From assembly GCF_009914755.1 (NCBI RefSeq), contig NC_060930.1: a stretch of DNA of 64,000 nt. One strand, given 5' to 3'. A program made the position numbers and the translations under genes. This DNA comes from the human T2T-CHM13v2.0 reference genome, Homo sapiens. Positions 30,090 through 43,076 of this stretch are shown here, in pieces. The notes under the pieces are model-generated. The model was not told the DNA's origin. It did no database searches and worked only from the letters and a program-made list of their open reading frames with translations. Numbering within the stretch: the first letter of the stretch is position 1; every line of letters starts with the position of its first letter.

Positions 30090-33000
30090 TCAGTACAAAC
30101 TGCTTGGATCATTTTTAAAGTCACCTACTGCACAGTGACTTTTAAGTACCTATATATAAATCTTCCTATTAGATTGTAAATTTGTGAAGTATAAACATTG
30201 TGTCAGATACAGGGCTATAATCAGCTAAATGACTTTGTCTCAAAGTTCACATCTACAAAATGGAGAGTCAGACTCAAACTGTAAAATTCCATAGTTCTGT
30301 GTCTCAATGGTCTGTGCATCTCCCTTAATTTTTCAGTCCAATGCTTTAAGGCTGAATAAGTAAATCATTATATTGGACCCAAAATAAAATCTGCCTTAAA
30401 AAAGATGAAAGAAAGGAACAAGTGATGGCATTTTAAAATCACAAATAGAAAATATGATCACAGAAAACTCTATATAATCACTTTTCCTTGGATAGAGTTG
30501 AAGAATAAGAATGTAGTTTTTTCGCTTTAAAGAATTCAAATGTATACACTGATCAACCCAAGAAGCATAATTAGCCTTGGACTAAAGTGTAATCATTGGA
30601 CAGAAAGAGAGAACACAATGAAATATTAAAAGGAAACTAAAAGATACAAAATTGACTGAATCGTAGCACAGAATGAAAATAATAGCTTTTGGAAAATTCC
30701 ATGAAGTGAAAAACATCTGATTCAAGTAAAATGAAAATTTTATGCTTTTAATGCTCATTTTTAGATAGGCAGCCCATGATGGCCGGCTTAAATCTAATTT
30801 AACTCTCAAGAGATTCATAGGAAAGACAAGTTATTTCACTCCTTTCCTCTAAATAGGATGAAATTCAGGTATGTTAAGGTATAAAAATCTCATGTTTTTC
30901 ACTCAGAAATAGTTAAAATATGTGAAAACGCACATCCTCTGATACTTTTTCATAGCATATGCCTCTGCCTAAGCCCTAGCCACTCCAATTCTATTCCTGT
31001 CTTACTCCTTTAATATCATGAATCCCAAGCCATGTCTGTTTCCCTTATGTGCTGAATGCTGCTGGCCTTGCGGGGCTAAAGGAAATGAGTGAGACCAGTA
31101 GGAGTGAAGGCAGTGAAAGGGTCCTAGGGGTAGGGCTGGGGGTGGAGGTTATGGGGAACAGGGCTTAGCAGCAGGGGCAGGCAAGTAGAAGGTGGTAGAG
31201 GGGCTTTAGAGCACAGGCTCTAGAAATCCATCCAAAGGAGTCGAGACAACAAGATCCAGAGCCAAGAAGGAAGGTTTTGTCCATAACGACGTTCCATTTA
31301 AAAAGAACCACTGGTCCTACTATAATTTTTTGTCATCTAGTATGCCTAGAAAGGATGAAACCTTGATAGCATCATACCCATTTTTACTTTAATGGGGCAT
31401 CTTTTTGTGCACTTGTTTTCTTAATTTTCTTCAGGCATAGACAATCCTGGAGTGCAACAGCTACTTGCCAGTTTCTCTATGGCAATGCGTGTGCCTAAAC
31501 AATTCAGAAGTGTGGAAAAAGGAAGATATTATAATCTTGGAAATGGTCTGATGGCATGGAGCATCACAGAATAGTTTTACCTTTGGAACCAATTAATTCC
31601 CGGTTATCTTGATATTTATGGTTAATCTGCTTTGAAAATTGATTTAGAAATTCTGTAAAGCTGGCAAAAACTGGAGCTAATATGTAATACATTATTTTAT
31701 GATATACAGAACCACAAGATGCAAAGCATTAGGTCCTCTCAGGAAAGAACTGCAGAATAGACACCCAAAGAAAAAAAGAAGAAAACAAAATTCAGAGATG
31801 TATGGATGGCATCTGACAAACTAATACAAGAGATTAAAGGAATAACAAATAAAACAATTTGATAGAAAATCGGCAGGAGAAGCGGTGGGCCACTTTACAG
31901 TGCAAACCCAGCCGAAAACTGTCTATGTGCAATACTTTCTGGTTGAAAAAATATATCTCTATTAAATAATCAAAGTAATTTAATCTTTCTACGGGCAGAA
32001 TCTTACTACTCGTCTAACAATAGGGGATCAGTAGCACCCTACCCAGTAAAATCTGTCCTTGTGGGTCCCTAAAAGGAATGTAAAATAAGTCTATCATAAG
32101 CAATGCTAATGTGGTGTCCAAATTCTAGTAAAAGTTGTTCCCTTGTTCTTTTTTTTGTCTGAGTTTCAAGTGACTGACAAAAGCTCATATATACACAAAT
32201 GTAAACATACATATGTATTCTCTCTTTTCAGAGTAACATTATAATTATGAGATACTAGACACAAATTGGCAGGCCCCAAGTATTCTTGAAAGACACTGCA
32301 TGTATGTAGCTATGTAACAAATGATCTTACAAAAAGTCTATCCTATTTATTTTGAAATTCATCATGCTCACAAATAGAAAGATAATGGTAGGTTTCTGGA
32401 ACTACATTATTGAGCTGCTTCTTGTCTAAGTTCTGCACTTGCTTATCAACTGGTGATTCATGCAGTTAATCCTATTTAATGACTTGCTCTGCGGAAGAAT
32501 GTTAAGAATTAATAAATTTAAAAGTTGTGTAAATGAGTGAAAATGTGCAAATTCTTTTAATTACAGTTACAAATGTTATGGAAATAAGCAAGCATAACAT
32601 AAGAACACAGATTTAGGAATACTACCACCTTTTGTTTATGTTATACTCTAAGGGGCTTAAAGCATTTTGAAGGATAGCAGGCAACGCTCCTTTGGTGAGA
32701 AAAGTAAGCTGTTCATTTTTGGTAAGTGGTTTTAGGTAATCATGATACATATAATAAATTCTACCCTCTGTTGCCCAAACAGTATCTAAGGACATGAAAA
32801 AAGATTTTATGCTTTCAAAACATAGGTAACTTTCCCATTTAAAATCTTAAATATATTCAGGTCAAATATTAAACTAAAAAATCATAATAAATTCTTCTCG
32901 GTATTCAGACTGCATATATAACAATGATTTAGCAAAATGTTTTATAAGTTTATAAATACATCTTCCTGGTTTTATGTATTTTTAGAAGTTTTAAGTTTGT

Positions 33001-33108
33001 CCCATGAAAAATAACAAAATTCAGTGAATTAACAGAGTTTTACAATATTTGCCTAGCCAGAGAATGTCAAGGGAGATGAAACTTCATCATGTACACATTA
33101 TTAATTAC

Positions 33109-33259
33109 CTGGTTTAAGAGATCTTCTACTTTCTTCTGCCATGAATCTCTTGCTGCATTTTTCTCTCGATCTTTCAACTGCAAAAGTTGAGACATTGCTG
33201 ACTTCTTATCCTCTTCATGTTGAAGCCTTAACTCTTCACGAAGTTTAGAACACTCTTGT
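33109..33259 (-). CDS. FAM184A: FAM184A exon 9 (151 nt, phase 2-0): QECSKLREELRLQHEEDKK...KVEDLLNQ
   Basis: Within ORF 33067-33279; acceptor ttttattttag|, donor CAG|gtaatt. Confidence 0.93.
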
Positions 33260-33710
33260 CTAAAATAAAACAACTGCATTTACTTTGTAAAGAGAATTAT
33301 TCCTTTCACTGACTGTAATAGAGTCTACAGGTTTTTTAAGCGCTTAATTAATCCTCTTCAAAAGTCTATGATGCTGAGGAAAGCAGATTATTTACTTAAG
33401 GGCTGTAAAGTAAATTGGTAACTTACCCCAATATCACTCATTTATCAATTTATTAACAGCAGAATAGGTACCAGAACAAATAAGTCTTCTGACTTTAGGT
33501 TAGTTTACTGCCTATTTTATATTCAAGGAAATGCAAAAAGTAAATCTGAATTCAAACGGAAAATAAATCCAATTTCTCTGTCTCTAATCACAGGAAATTT
33601 TAATTTAAAATACTGCTACTATGTCTTTAACAATAGGATAATGTGAGTCATACAAGAGAAAAACTTTCTTGCATGTCTTTATTGATAAGATTACAGAATA
33701 AAAAATGTAC

Positions 33711-33832
33711 CTAAGATTTTCAGTCCACTTAATTTCTAAGTCATGGGCCATTTTGTCCACTTTGAGCTTCTCTTCTTCTTTCATGGCAGCAATTGTTTCT
33801 TCATGCTGTTGCCTTTCTTGTTCTAGCTCACC
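33711..33832 (-). CDS. FAM184A: FAM184A exon 8 (122 nt, phase 0-2): GELEQERQQHEETIAAMK...IKWTENL(R)
   Basis: Acceptor ttattcttcag|, donor AG|gtacat. Confidence 0.93.
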
Positions 33833-35704
33833 CTGAAGAATAAAAACTTTTCAATGAAGACTAAACTTCAAAAACAAACACTGCTGGTTATTTTAAATAA
33901 GTAAAGTGCTTGTATTAAAACTTTTAATTTTAAATTCTTACAGCCCAATACTTGATAATGCTATCTGTGAAAATGACTCAAGATTTTCTGAAAATAAAAT
34001 ATGTAAAACAAATTTTATATTTTACATGTTCTTGTCTAAACTGTATTTTATTAAGGCTTATATCACAAATTATTTAAATAGTTTAAAGTCAGCATTAATC
34101 ATCTTAATTACACTTTCCATATATTAGGTATCTAACGGTAGACTGATTATCCAATTACCTTTACCTGTACACCCATTACATAGACAGATATGTTATTCAA
34201 ATTCACTTATATTCAAAAGTATGTTACTTGCTCAAAACTTAAGTATATAGCTGTACCTGACACCATAAAAATAATTATGCAGAATTTAGGCTACTGTTTT
34301 TATTATGTAACTGCAAACTAGTGGTCCGTGTGTTCATTGTTATGGCAATATGCTGCAATATATACACAATTCCTGTAGATTAGCATGAATCAAGTGGCTC
34401 TGTGGAGCCTGGGGATAGAGGTGACCTGTTTGGACAACAGTGGCAACCATCGGCCCCTGCCAGCAGAGCAGCTGCTCTTGGGACACAAGGCAGAAGAGGA
34501 GCAGATGATGGTCTATCTTCCTGTTATCACAATGACCCTTTCTAGATCATCCACTTGCTAATGACATGTGGTGTGGCAGTTTTTGAAGGGTATACCCAGA
34601 TTAATGAGAAAAAAACAAGCCAATGTTGAAATTGCCATTCTACATTGTTGGCCTGGCTACTAAGCAGTAAGTATTGAGAATTGAAGGCAGCCATCTTAGC
34701 CAACTGTTCTTTTCACTAAGTGTTTTGCCTCTAGTAATTCTTTAATTTTCCGCCAAAGGCAACATTAAACGGAGTAGACTGCTTAAAATGTATTTCTTTT
34801 CCTCAATGCAAAGTACATCATTAGACATTATTGGGGTAGGTTAAAGGAAAAGAGGTACCAAAAAAACACTTGGTCTTAAGGAGCTTACGCAGAGTTGTGG
34901 TAAACCAGGATGCAGCATCTATATTTTGTCAGTTAAAATTCTCCAGCAGAACAGAAAATGAAGAATTGATAGAGTTTTGCTTAAAGTGTTTATTATTTTC
35001 TACTACTGGACAGAAGTACGATGTAAATATGAAAAAAGACCTGAAAGAAATGAAACTGAATCAGTAAGCCCAATACTCAGTGCCAGGACAGCCGGGGGAA
35101 AGGCAGCCAGGATAAAATACCTTAAAGTCAGGAACTGGGTGCGCACCAAGGCAAGACAGAACTTCCATGATACCATATAAACACAACCTATATTCAATTA
35201 ACATTCATTAGAAATATTTCAACTGTCTACTTTTAAATATATTTGTATTACCTTAAAATATCATTTTCCTTTTATTTGTTGACAATGGAAAAAACACCTC
35301 TTAATATAGTTTGGTCATCGAGTTCAGCTTCACACCACAGAATGCTACCATCGAGATTATAGTCAATATATTTGGCATCACAGAAACTAAATATATCAAG
35401 TTGTATATTATACTAGCTCTAAATTCCAATTATTTCTTGTTATATATTAACACTGTCATATCACACAGCCACCGGAGAAAGGTAAACATAAGGAAATGAT
35501 TCGAGGAAAATGAAGTAATTTATTGTCACATAATTCAAAATGGAAGGTAAATATTCAATGCACACAGAATATATCATAGATAAAATATAAATAGAATTAT
35601 GTATGCCCCACACACAAGGTAAATTCACTAAAGTGTCCTTGTTTATATGCTTTTGAAATGTCACCAATTCTGAACTAAAAAAGAAAATCTGAAATAATAT
35701 TAGT

Positions 35705-35932
35705 AAAAGGCAGTATTTACTGAGTGTTTACTATTTTGCTAAGCACTGTGCTATAAATGGTTCATCTCATTTAATTATTACAACAGTGCTGTGAAGAGTG
35801 TTATTACCCCCCACCTCTCCTTCATTGTGCAGATGTGGAAGGTGAGGCTTTGCACAAAGCTACACACTATGTGGTGGATTCAGAATTTACATACAACCAA
35901 CCTGACTTCAGAGCCTATACTCTAAACCATCT
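35705..35932 (-). mobile_element. MIR
   Basis: atttactgagtgtttacta...ctcatttaat...cagatgtggaaggtgaggc. Confidence 0.65.
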
Positions 35933-36149
35933 CTCTGAAGGAAAAGATTAAGAACTTCCTGGGTACTATACACCCAGTTTTATGGATTCTTTTTCTCTAC
36001 TATCTAAGACAATCTAAATCTTTGCTGTGCTTCATAAGAGTGGAAGAAAAAAGGCAGAGTCTTTCTGAAATCTGCAGACACAGAGAAGCACTTAGTTGCT
36101 GTATATGAGAGTTCTACCTCTTACTAGTAAAAGAATTGCACGTTCCAAT

Positions 36150-36556
36150 TGTTATCGGTTGAACTGGGTCCCCAAAAAGATATACCGAAGTCCTACCCTC
36201 CCAATACCTCAGAATGTGACTTTATTTGGAAATACAGTCAGTACAGATGTATTAAGTTAAGATGATGTCAAACTGGAGTAGAATGAGCCCTTGTTCCAAT
36301 ATGCCTGGTATCCTTTTAAGATGTGAAGATAGGCAGAGATGGAAATTATGTTGCCGAATGCCAAGAATGCCTGGTGCTACCAGAAGCTGGAAAATACAAG
36401 GACGGATCTTCCCTTAGAGTTTAGGAAGGAACATAGCTGTGCCAACACCTTGATGTTGGACTTCTAGCCTCCAGAGCTATGAGAGAATAAATTTCTGTTG
36501 TTTTAAATTCCCCAGTTTGTAGTACTTTGTTATGGTAGTTCTAAGAACTAATATAC
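36150..36556 (+). mobile_element. MLT1C-type MaLR solo LTR, 100 bp from the exon 7 donor
   Basis: tacctcagaatgtgactttatttggaaata...ttggacttctagcctccaga...aataaatttctgttg. Confidence 0.8.
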
Positions 36557-36656
36557 TAATTATATACAATGTGCTGTTTAAATAGCTCTAGGTCAAATGG
36601 CTAAATTCTATTTTTATTTTGCCGCTGTTTAGATTGCAGTAGAATTATGAAATTAC

Positions 36657-36818
36657 CTCCACATTTAATAGAGCATCCTTGGTCTCCTTTAGGCTGTCTT
36701 TAGTCAAGTCAAGCTCATTCTGAAGCCTTTCCTGGGAGTCCTGAAGACTAGCAATAAGTCCTTCTGCAGAGCCAAGACCTTGTTCACTTTTCCTTACCAT
36801 ATCTTGGAGGTGGCCAAT
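36657..36818 (-). CDS. FAM184A: FAM184A exon 7 (162 nt, phase 0-0): IGHLQDMVRKSEQGLG...KDALLNVE
   Basis: Acceptor tttacttacag|, donor GAG|gtaatt. Confidence 0.93.
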
Positions 36819-37868
36819 CTGTAAGTAAATAGAGTACTTTTAATATATTTCATTGTAATAGAATAGCAAAATAGTCTTACAATTTCTTCCTAAAGTTTTT
36901 TATTTAGTTGTAATTTTACTGAATGGATGATTTCCTGATTAATTTGGAAAAAGCACTCAAATAACCATGACAGCTTTCTTCTGCTGTGTTTTGAAAAGAC
37001 TTTCACATTTAAGATCTTCTTTTTTCATGACAACCATGTAAAGGAATAGATATACCTTTGTTTAACAAAGAGAATTCCTAGTTCCACCATATAATAAAAT
37101 ACCTATAAGAAGCTGAAGCAAGATAAAGATTATATAAAAGAGTAAAACAAAATTTTAGATAAAAATATCTTAAAAACCATCCTTTAAAATTTAATCACAT
37201 ATTTCATTTGAGTCCATATCTCCTGCTATTTGCAAAGGGGATAAATTTAGGTCAATATTGATAAGCTGGTAAATGTATTATAAACTAGAGTAAGTTATGA
37301 TTCCTGTGTTTCCATACAAAATTTCTCATTAAATCTTTAAGAGTTGAATTTATACACTCGAAATTAGAAGCTAATAGATAATTGCTGATTAAGCATATCC
37401 CTACCATAAAGTTATGAATACTAAAATACATACATGAAATATTTCAAATTATTTAGGACAATGCTATAAAGTAAAAACCGCATTCTTATAAAATGGCCAA
37501 GCCTATGAAATTTCTACAAAAGTTGAAATTGGTAATTTAAAAATAATACCTATTTTTCCTTGTAAATACAGACATTACAAAAAAAAAATACAAAAATTCT
37601 CCTTCAATCCTTCTCTGACCCACAATTCCCTCCCCAAGTGCACGGCCTTCCTGTCCCCTCTCTATGCAGGTATATGCTCTGCAATACTGGTGGTGGTAGT
37701 ATTTTATCTTGGTGGTGTCTCTAAAGGAATGCTAATCTCATAAGATAATTAGGGGAGCTACACATCTTTTCTGTGCTCTGAAATATTTTCACAGCAAAAG
37801 AATTACCTGTTTTTTAAAAGTTTGGTAAAATTCTTCCATTAAATAAATTATAAAGAATAGTATTCTAG

Positions 37869-38163
37869 GGCTGGGCGCGGTGGCTTATGCCTGTAATCCC
37901 AGCACTTTGGGAGGCCGAGGCAGGCTGATCACCTGAGGTCAGGAGTTCAAGACCAGCCTGGCCAACATGGCGAAACCCCGTCTCTACTAAAAATACAAAA
38001 AGTAGCCGGGTGTGGTGGCGCGCGACTGTAATCCCAGCTACCTGAGAGGCTGAGGCAGGGGAATTGCTTGCACCTGGGAGGCAGAGGTTGCAGTGAGCGA
38101 GATTGTGCCACTGCATTCCAGCCTGGCAACAGAGCAAGACTCTGCCTCAAGAAAAAAAAAAAA
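37869..38163 (+). mobile_element. AluS, TSD agtattctag
   Basis: Dimer with flanking direct repeats. Confidence 0.93.
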
Positions 38164-39455
38164 CAGTATTCTAGTAACAATGTAAAGAATTCAAAGAGAA
38201 GGTCTATTAAGGCAATTACAAATCTAGAGATAGAATATTTAAATAGGCAAAAACTTCAAACTTCTGCAAAGTTAAATGTAATAAAATATAAAAAGCAAAT
38301 AAGTGTTGAACATAACTGATCAGTTTGTTTTCTTAAATACAATAAAAATGGATACATGGGGAAAACACCTATTGTCTCCCAATAACAAAATCTCCTTATG
38401 GCATTTGGGGCATCTACTCGCCTTCTCTATCGGTCCATGTGGTCTTAGTAAGCGCTCAACTTAAACTCCAGAATGAAGTGCTTCATTGAAACGTAAACCA
38501 ATAAGGTCATCTCATTTTGTTTGTATGTGGATTGGTTCAGGGGCAGGCACATGGTTTAAGCTTATCTAGTCACAGTGATCTCAGGACTTTAAAAGGAGCT
38601 CCCAGAAAAGGTTTTTTGCCAGCTCCACGTATACCTCAGGGAATATGTGATTGAAGCATGAAGTCAACACAAGAACAAACCCAATTTAAGAGAAAAAGAA
38701 AAGCTGGGTTCCATTGTCACAATTTCAGTTCTGAATCTAGTCTTGCCTGATGCTAACATTATCCTTGGACTTTACAGTCACATGAGTCAATAAATTTTTT
38801 TTTCTTTAGGCTAGTTTGAGGTAGGATTTCTGTCATTTGCAATAGAAATAAATACTCAGATTCTCCATATTAATGTACAAACTGAGGGAATACAGTAAGT
38901 AGAAACCTCCTCCCTGAAATATCCGTCTACCTCTATTTGTTCTTCTCTAATCCACTCTCCTTGCAACACTACAGTGAGTTTTTTATAAATTACAAATATG
39001 GACACGAGCATAAGCCCCATCCACTGCACAAGCATCCACATATTTATACTTATCATCTTTCAACTGTTTTTCACTGCCCTTAGGATAACTTTCAAAATCT
39101 TTCATGGGGCTTACAAGACCTCCACAACATAGCCCCTGCTGAAATCTCCAACCTCAGCATGGCATCCCTTCTTCTTGGTCTTTATATACTAATTGAGAGA
39201 AAGAGTAGGGTTAAGAATTGAGTTCTGAAAGCACACTACCTGAAATGGAATTCTGGCTTTACCTACTTATTATGTGCTGACTTGGGCAAGTTATTTTAAC
39301 TTTTCTATGCTTTAGTAACTGGTACCTACTGCACAGGGTTGCTGTGAGGATTAAAGGAGAGAACAGTATAAAGAGGCTATATAAAACAAAGTCTGGGACT
39401 CAGTAAGCACTAAATAAATATTATTATAGTTGCTATCACACTCCGTTTTTTCTGG

Positions 39456-39825
39456 TGATATGGTTTGGCTGTGTCCCCACCCAAATCTCATCTTGAATTG
39501 TAACTCCCACAATTCCCATATGTTGAGGGAGGAACCCAGTAGGAGGTGACTGAATTATGGGGTGGGTCTTTCCTGCGCTGTTCTTGTGATAGTGAATGAG
39601 TCTCATGAGATCTGATGGTTTTTAAAAAATGGGAGTTTCTCTGCACAAGCTCTCTCTTTGCCTGCTGCCATCCATGTAAGATGTGACTTGCTCCTCCTTG
39701 TCTTCCACCATGTTCGTGAGGCCTCCCTAGCCATGTGGAACTGTGAGTCCAATTAAACCTCTTTCTTTTGTAAATTAACCAGTCTTAGGTATGTCTTTAT
39801 CAGCAGCATGAAACAGACTAATACC
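39456..39825 (+). mobile_element. THE1 (THE1A/B) solo LTR
   Basis: tgatatggtttggctgtgtccccacccaaatctcatcttgaattgta...cagactaatac; flanks tctgg/actgg. Confidence 0.92.
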
Positions 39826-41518
39826 ACTGGTATTCTTACAATTCCTAGAAATTTCTCATGCCTCAGAGCGTTTGCATAAGCTTTCCTAAATTTATTATTT
39901 TGACGAGCCCTTGTTAATTACTTACCACCCTTTGTAATATGCCTCAGACTTGTGTTTACTTGTTTTTGTGTCTGTCTGTCCATAGTAGTAGGGACCATGT
40001 CTGACTGACTTATCACTGAAACCGCAGTGTGTAACAGTGCTTTGGTACCTAATAGGCATTCCATATTTATTAAATAAATGAATGAGTCACTTACAGAAAA
40101 ACTTCGTATATACTTACTAGCAATTAAGAATAAAATCTCTTTAACATCTCAGAATGAAGGTATTTAACTCCTAGAAGGACCCTAAATGCCTTCACTTTCT
40201 TGACCTTGTATTGTACCAAGGCAGCTGCTAGGCCATGTGTGCCTCTAAGCAGGAAAAAGGCAATACCCCTCAGTGTGGAAGCAGCCCCAGAACATGGAAA
40301 GAGAAGCAAACAAAACTTGTGTGAACTGGGAGAAGACTCCCTTTCTTCCAGGCAGCAGACTTCAGAGAAAATTTAAGTTTTTCTATACTTCTTCTACTAT
40401 AAACAGTGCTGAAATTTTGTCAACAATCCGTAGTTATCTGCTTAGGTTAAATACACAAAAAAATGAAACTGTTGAGTTAAAGGACATGCCTGTCTTTAAG
40501 GCTTTCATATGTGCTGATAAATCCCTTTCGAGGAAAATTATACAATTTTGAATCCCCATCAGCAGTTTCTGAGTGCTTATTTCTTTATCGTTATTAACAC
40601 TGCATGGTCTCAATTTTTTTATCATTGTTAATTTTATGGTGATGGAATGGCATCTCATTGATTTCATTTCCAGTTCTTAAATTATACAAATTATTTTTTC
40701 CTGCTTATTTTTAGCTTGTAAAAAGATAATCTGGGTGTCTGTATTTTTCTTATTGTTTTGTAAATACTCTTAAAAGTGTTAAAGACATGAACTCTTCATT
40801 GGTCAATTTGTCAGTCTCTTCATCTCTCCCAGTTTTTCCTCTTTTTAAATTTTGCTTATGGTGTGTTTTGATATAAAGAAGTTTTAGCTTTAACTGTACA
40901 AATATTCCATGTTTCAATTCACAACTTTGATATCATGTTCAAACAGCCTTCTCTGTCCTCAGGTTTGTCATTTTTGTTTTCATATTTTATTTATATTCAT
41001 ATCCATGATTTTCATATTATATTCCAATCCTTAACCCACCTGGAACTTTGCCGATATGAGATTGAAGAAGAGCTCTAACTTCCCTCTTTTCTCCTCTTTC
41101 ATTTATATCTAGTCTTAAAAGGGCAATGTCACAGACTGTAATTCAAATTAAGCCTACTGATTCTAGCTACCATCCTCAGTTTCTGTTGAAATTGTAGAAA
41201 AAGAGGCAGTATAGAGAATAATAAGCTATTTTTTGGCAAAAGGGTAGAGAACTCTCTCTTGTTCTTTTCCTATGTGGTGATATTCTGTTTTGCTTCTCCC
41301 CACAACAGCACCTTAGTTTAATGTTTTTGACAGTAAATTTTACCTGGTGGAACATAATCAGAGTGTCATGAAAAATTCAACACCAATTAAAGTTTTTAAA
41401 TTATTTTTATTCTAGATATGTTACCTTTACTGAGACTTACCTACCTATACAATGTCACCAGAATAAGTTATTATTATTAAAATCTATAACATAGGCAACA
41501 GGTCTAAAGAATTCTTGC

Positions 41519-41641
41519 CTCTTGATTGGCTGTATTCAACTTGTCTTCCAGTACTTCCTTTAGGTTTTCTAGCTCTTGTTGAAGCTGATTTTTATCCTCT
41601 TCCAGGTTTAGTTTATCTTTGTTATGTTGTTCTTCCAAATC
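41519..41641 (-). CDS. FAM184A: FAM184A exon 6 (123 nt, phase 0-0): DLEEQHNKDKLNLEEDK...KLNTANQE; GC donor
   Basis: Acceptor tttctttttctaag|, donor GAG|gcaaga; this boundary joins in frame to exon 7 (IGHLQ) and read-through stops after 4 codons. Confidence 0.9.
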
Positions 41642-42493
41642 CTTAGAAAAAGAAATTTTTTAAAAATTAACAAAATTGCAAGTATTATATACTTTGAAGA
41701 CTCTAAGAAAAAGACTATTCTGTTTTGTATTTTGAAACTTTGCTCTTCAAATTAGCCTTACCCTTAATTAACAATATCTGAATTAACAGTGACACCCATA
41801 GTGGCTTAGATTCTATCATTCTGACTCATTTATAATGTAGTTATACTTTTTTTAAATGGTGAGAACATGTGACTGGACTAGATCAAGCTGAAGTCCAAAA
41901 ACAGAAAAGTGTGAGATAAAAAATTCTAATTACCTCTTGAATTCAAAATTCTTTTTTTCCCTCAAATTCTTTTATGTTTGCATAAAAAATGAAATCCAGT
42001 AACACTTCTACAAATCAGTGGTCTAGCACTGGAACACAGTAGAGAATGAGCAAGTATAAAATGAAGGCAAATTAAAGAGCAAAACTGGTAAAACTGATAA
42101 TTACTGAAGATCACTTACTATTTGCCAGGCATGCTACTTAACACTTGGGTAACAAAGGCAATAAGATATGGAGCCTGCCCTTAATAAGCTCATGGTATCA
42201 AACAATTAAAGAATATTAACTAAATTAGACATGCATAGGGAGTACGGGAGTATATGGAAGGGGAACTAATAACGTCTAGCTTGGCAGGGAAACCTTTAGA
42301 GAGAAAGCAATTCCTAAGCATGGTTTGAAGGAAGAAAAGGTGATGGAGCAGGAGGGGAACATCACATTCTAGGCACGGGAAAAAGCATGTGCTAAGGCTT
42401 TTTCACACCACAAAGGGACAAAGGAGCACAGTATGTTACAAGCAGTTCAATATTTCTGTAGTGTAAAATGAGAAGAAGAATCTATAGGGTTCT

Positions 42494-43076
42494 GTGTCAG
42501 AGGACCCCAAGACAAACCCAAGTTTGATGATTTACATTCACGGGTATAGTCACACTCATGGCTGTGATTATGGCACAGGACTCAAAGCACACACCACAAA
42601 GGAAAAAGACACATGGGGTGAAGTCTGCCAGAAACCAGACACAGGTACAAAGTTTCCAAAAGCCCTCTCACACAGGACACACTTAATACCTCCAGACACC
42701 TGTAACAACTTGTGTGAAATGTTGTCCTTATACAAGACAGGCTGAATACCTCCAGCAACCTGTGACAATTTGTGTGAAATGTTGTCTACTAGGAAAGCTC
42801 ATGAGAGACTTAGTACCCAGGTTTTTTATCGGCAACTGATCATACAGGTACCATCTTCCTGTCACATGTCAAAATTCCAGATTCCCAGAAGGAAAGCAGG
42901 TGTTCAGCATAAACCACATTGGCTGTGTGGTTAGGCCACAGCTTAGGCCAGTGAGTCATTCTTATTAGGGAATGGGGGGATCTCCAGAAATCCAAGTTCC
43001 CAGATGCCAGCCAAGGGCCAACTTGCCTTTCTAAGGATGGTAGCCTCAAGCCTCCTATGTTAACAGTTTTCTGCAT
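42494..43076 (-). mobile_element. ERV LTR, MER77/MER68/MER21-like
   Basis: tg...ca ends; ccccaagac, aaattccagattcccagaaggaaagcaggtgttcagcataaaccaca, ccaagttcccagatgccagccaagggcca. Confidence 0.65.

Noticed and set aside
31580-31680. AAG|GTAAAA donor with several upstream AGs in intron 9
   Set aside because: Candidate exons have stops or non-triplet lengths and poor pyrimidine tracts.
34320-34760. RFX-like half sites (ttatggcaat, gtggcaacc) in a slightly GC-richer patch
   Set aside because: Short degenerate motifs; cannot support an enhancer call without chromatin data.
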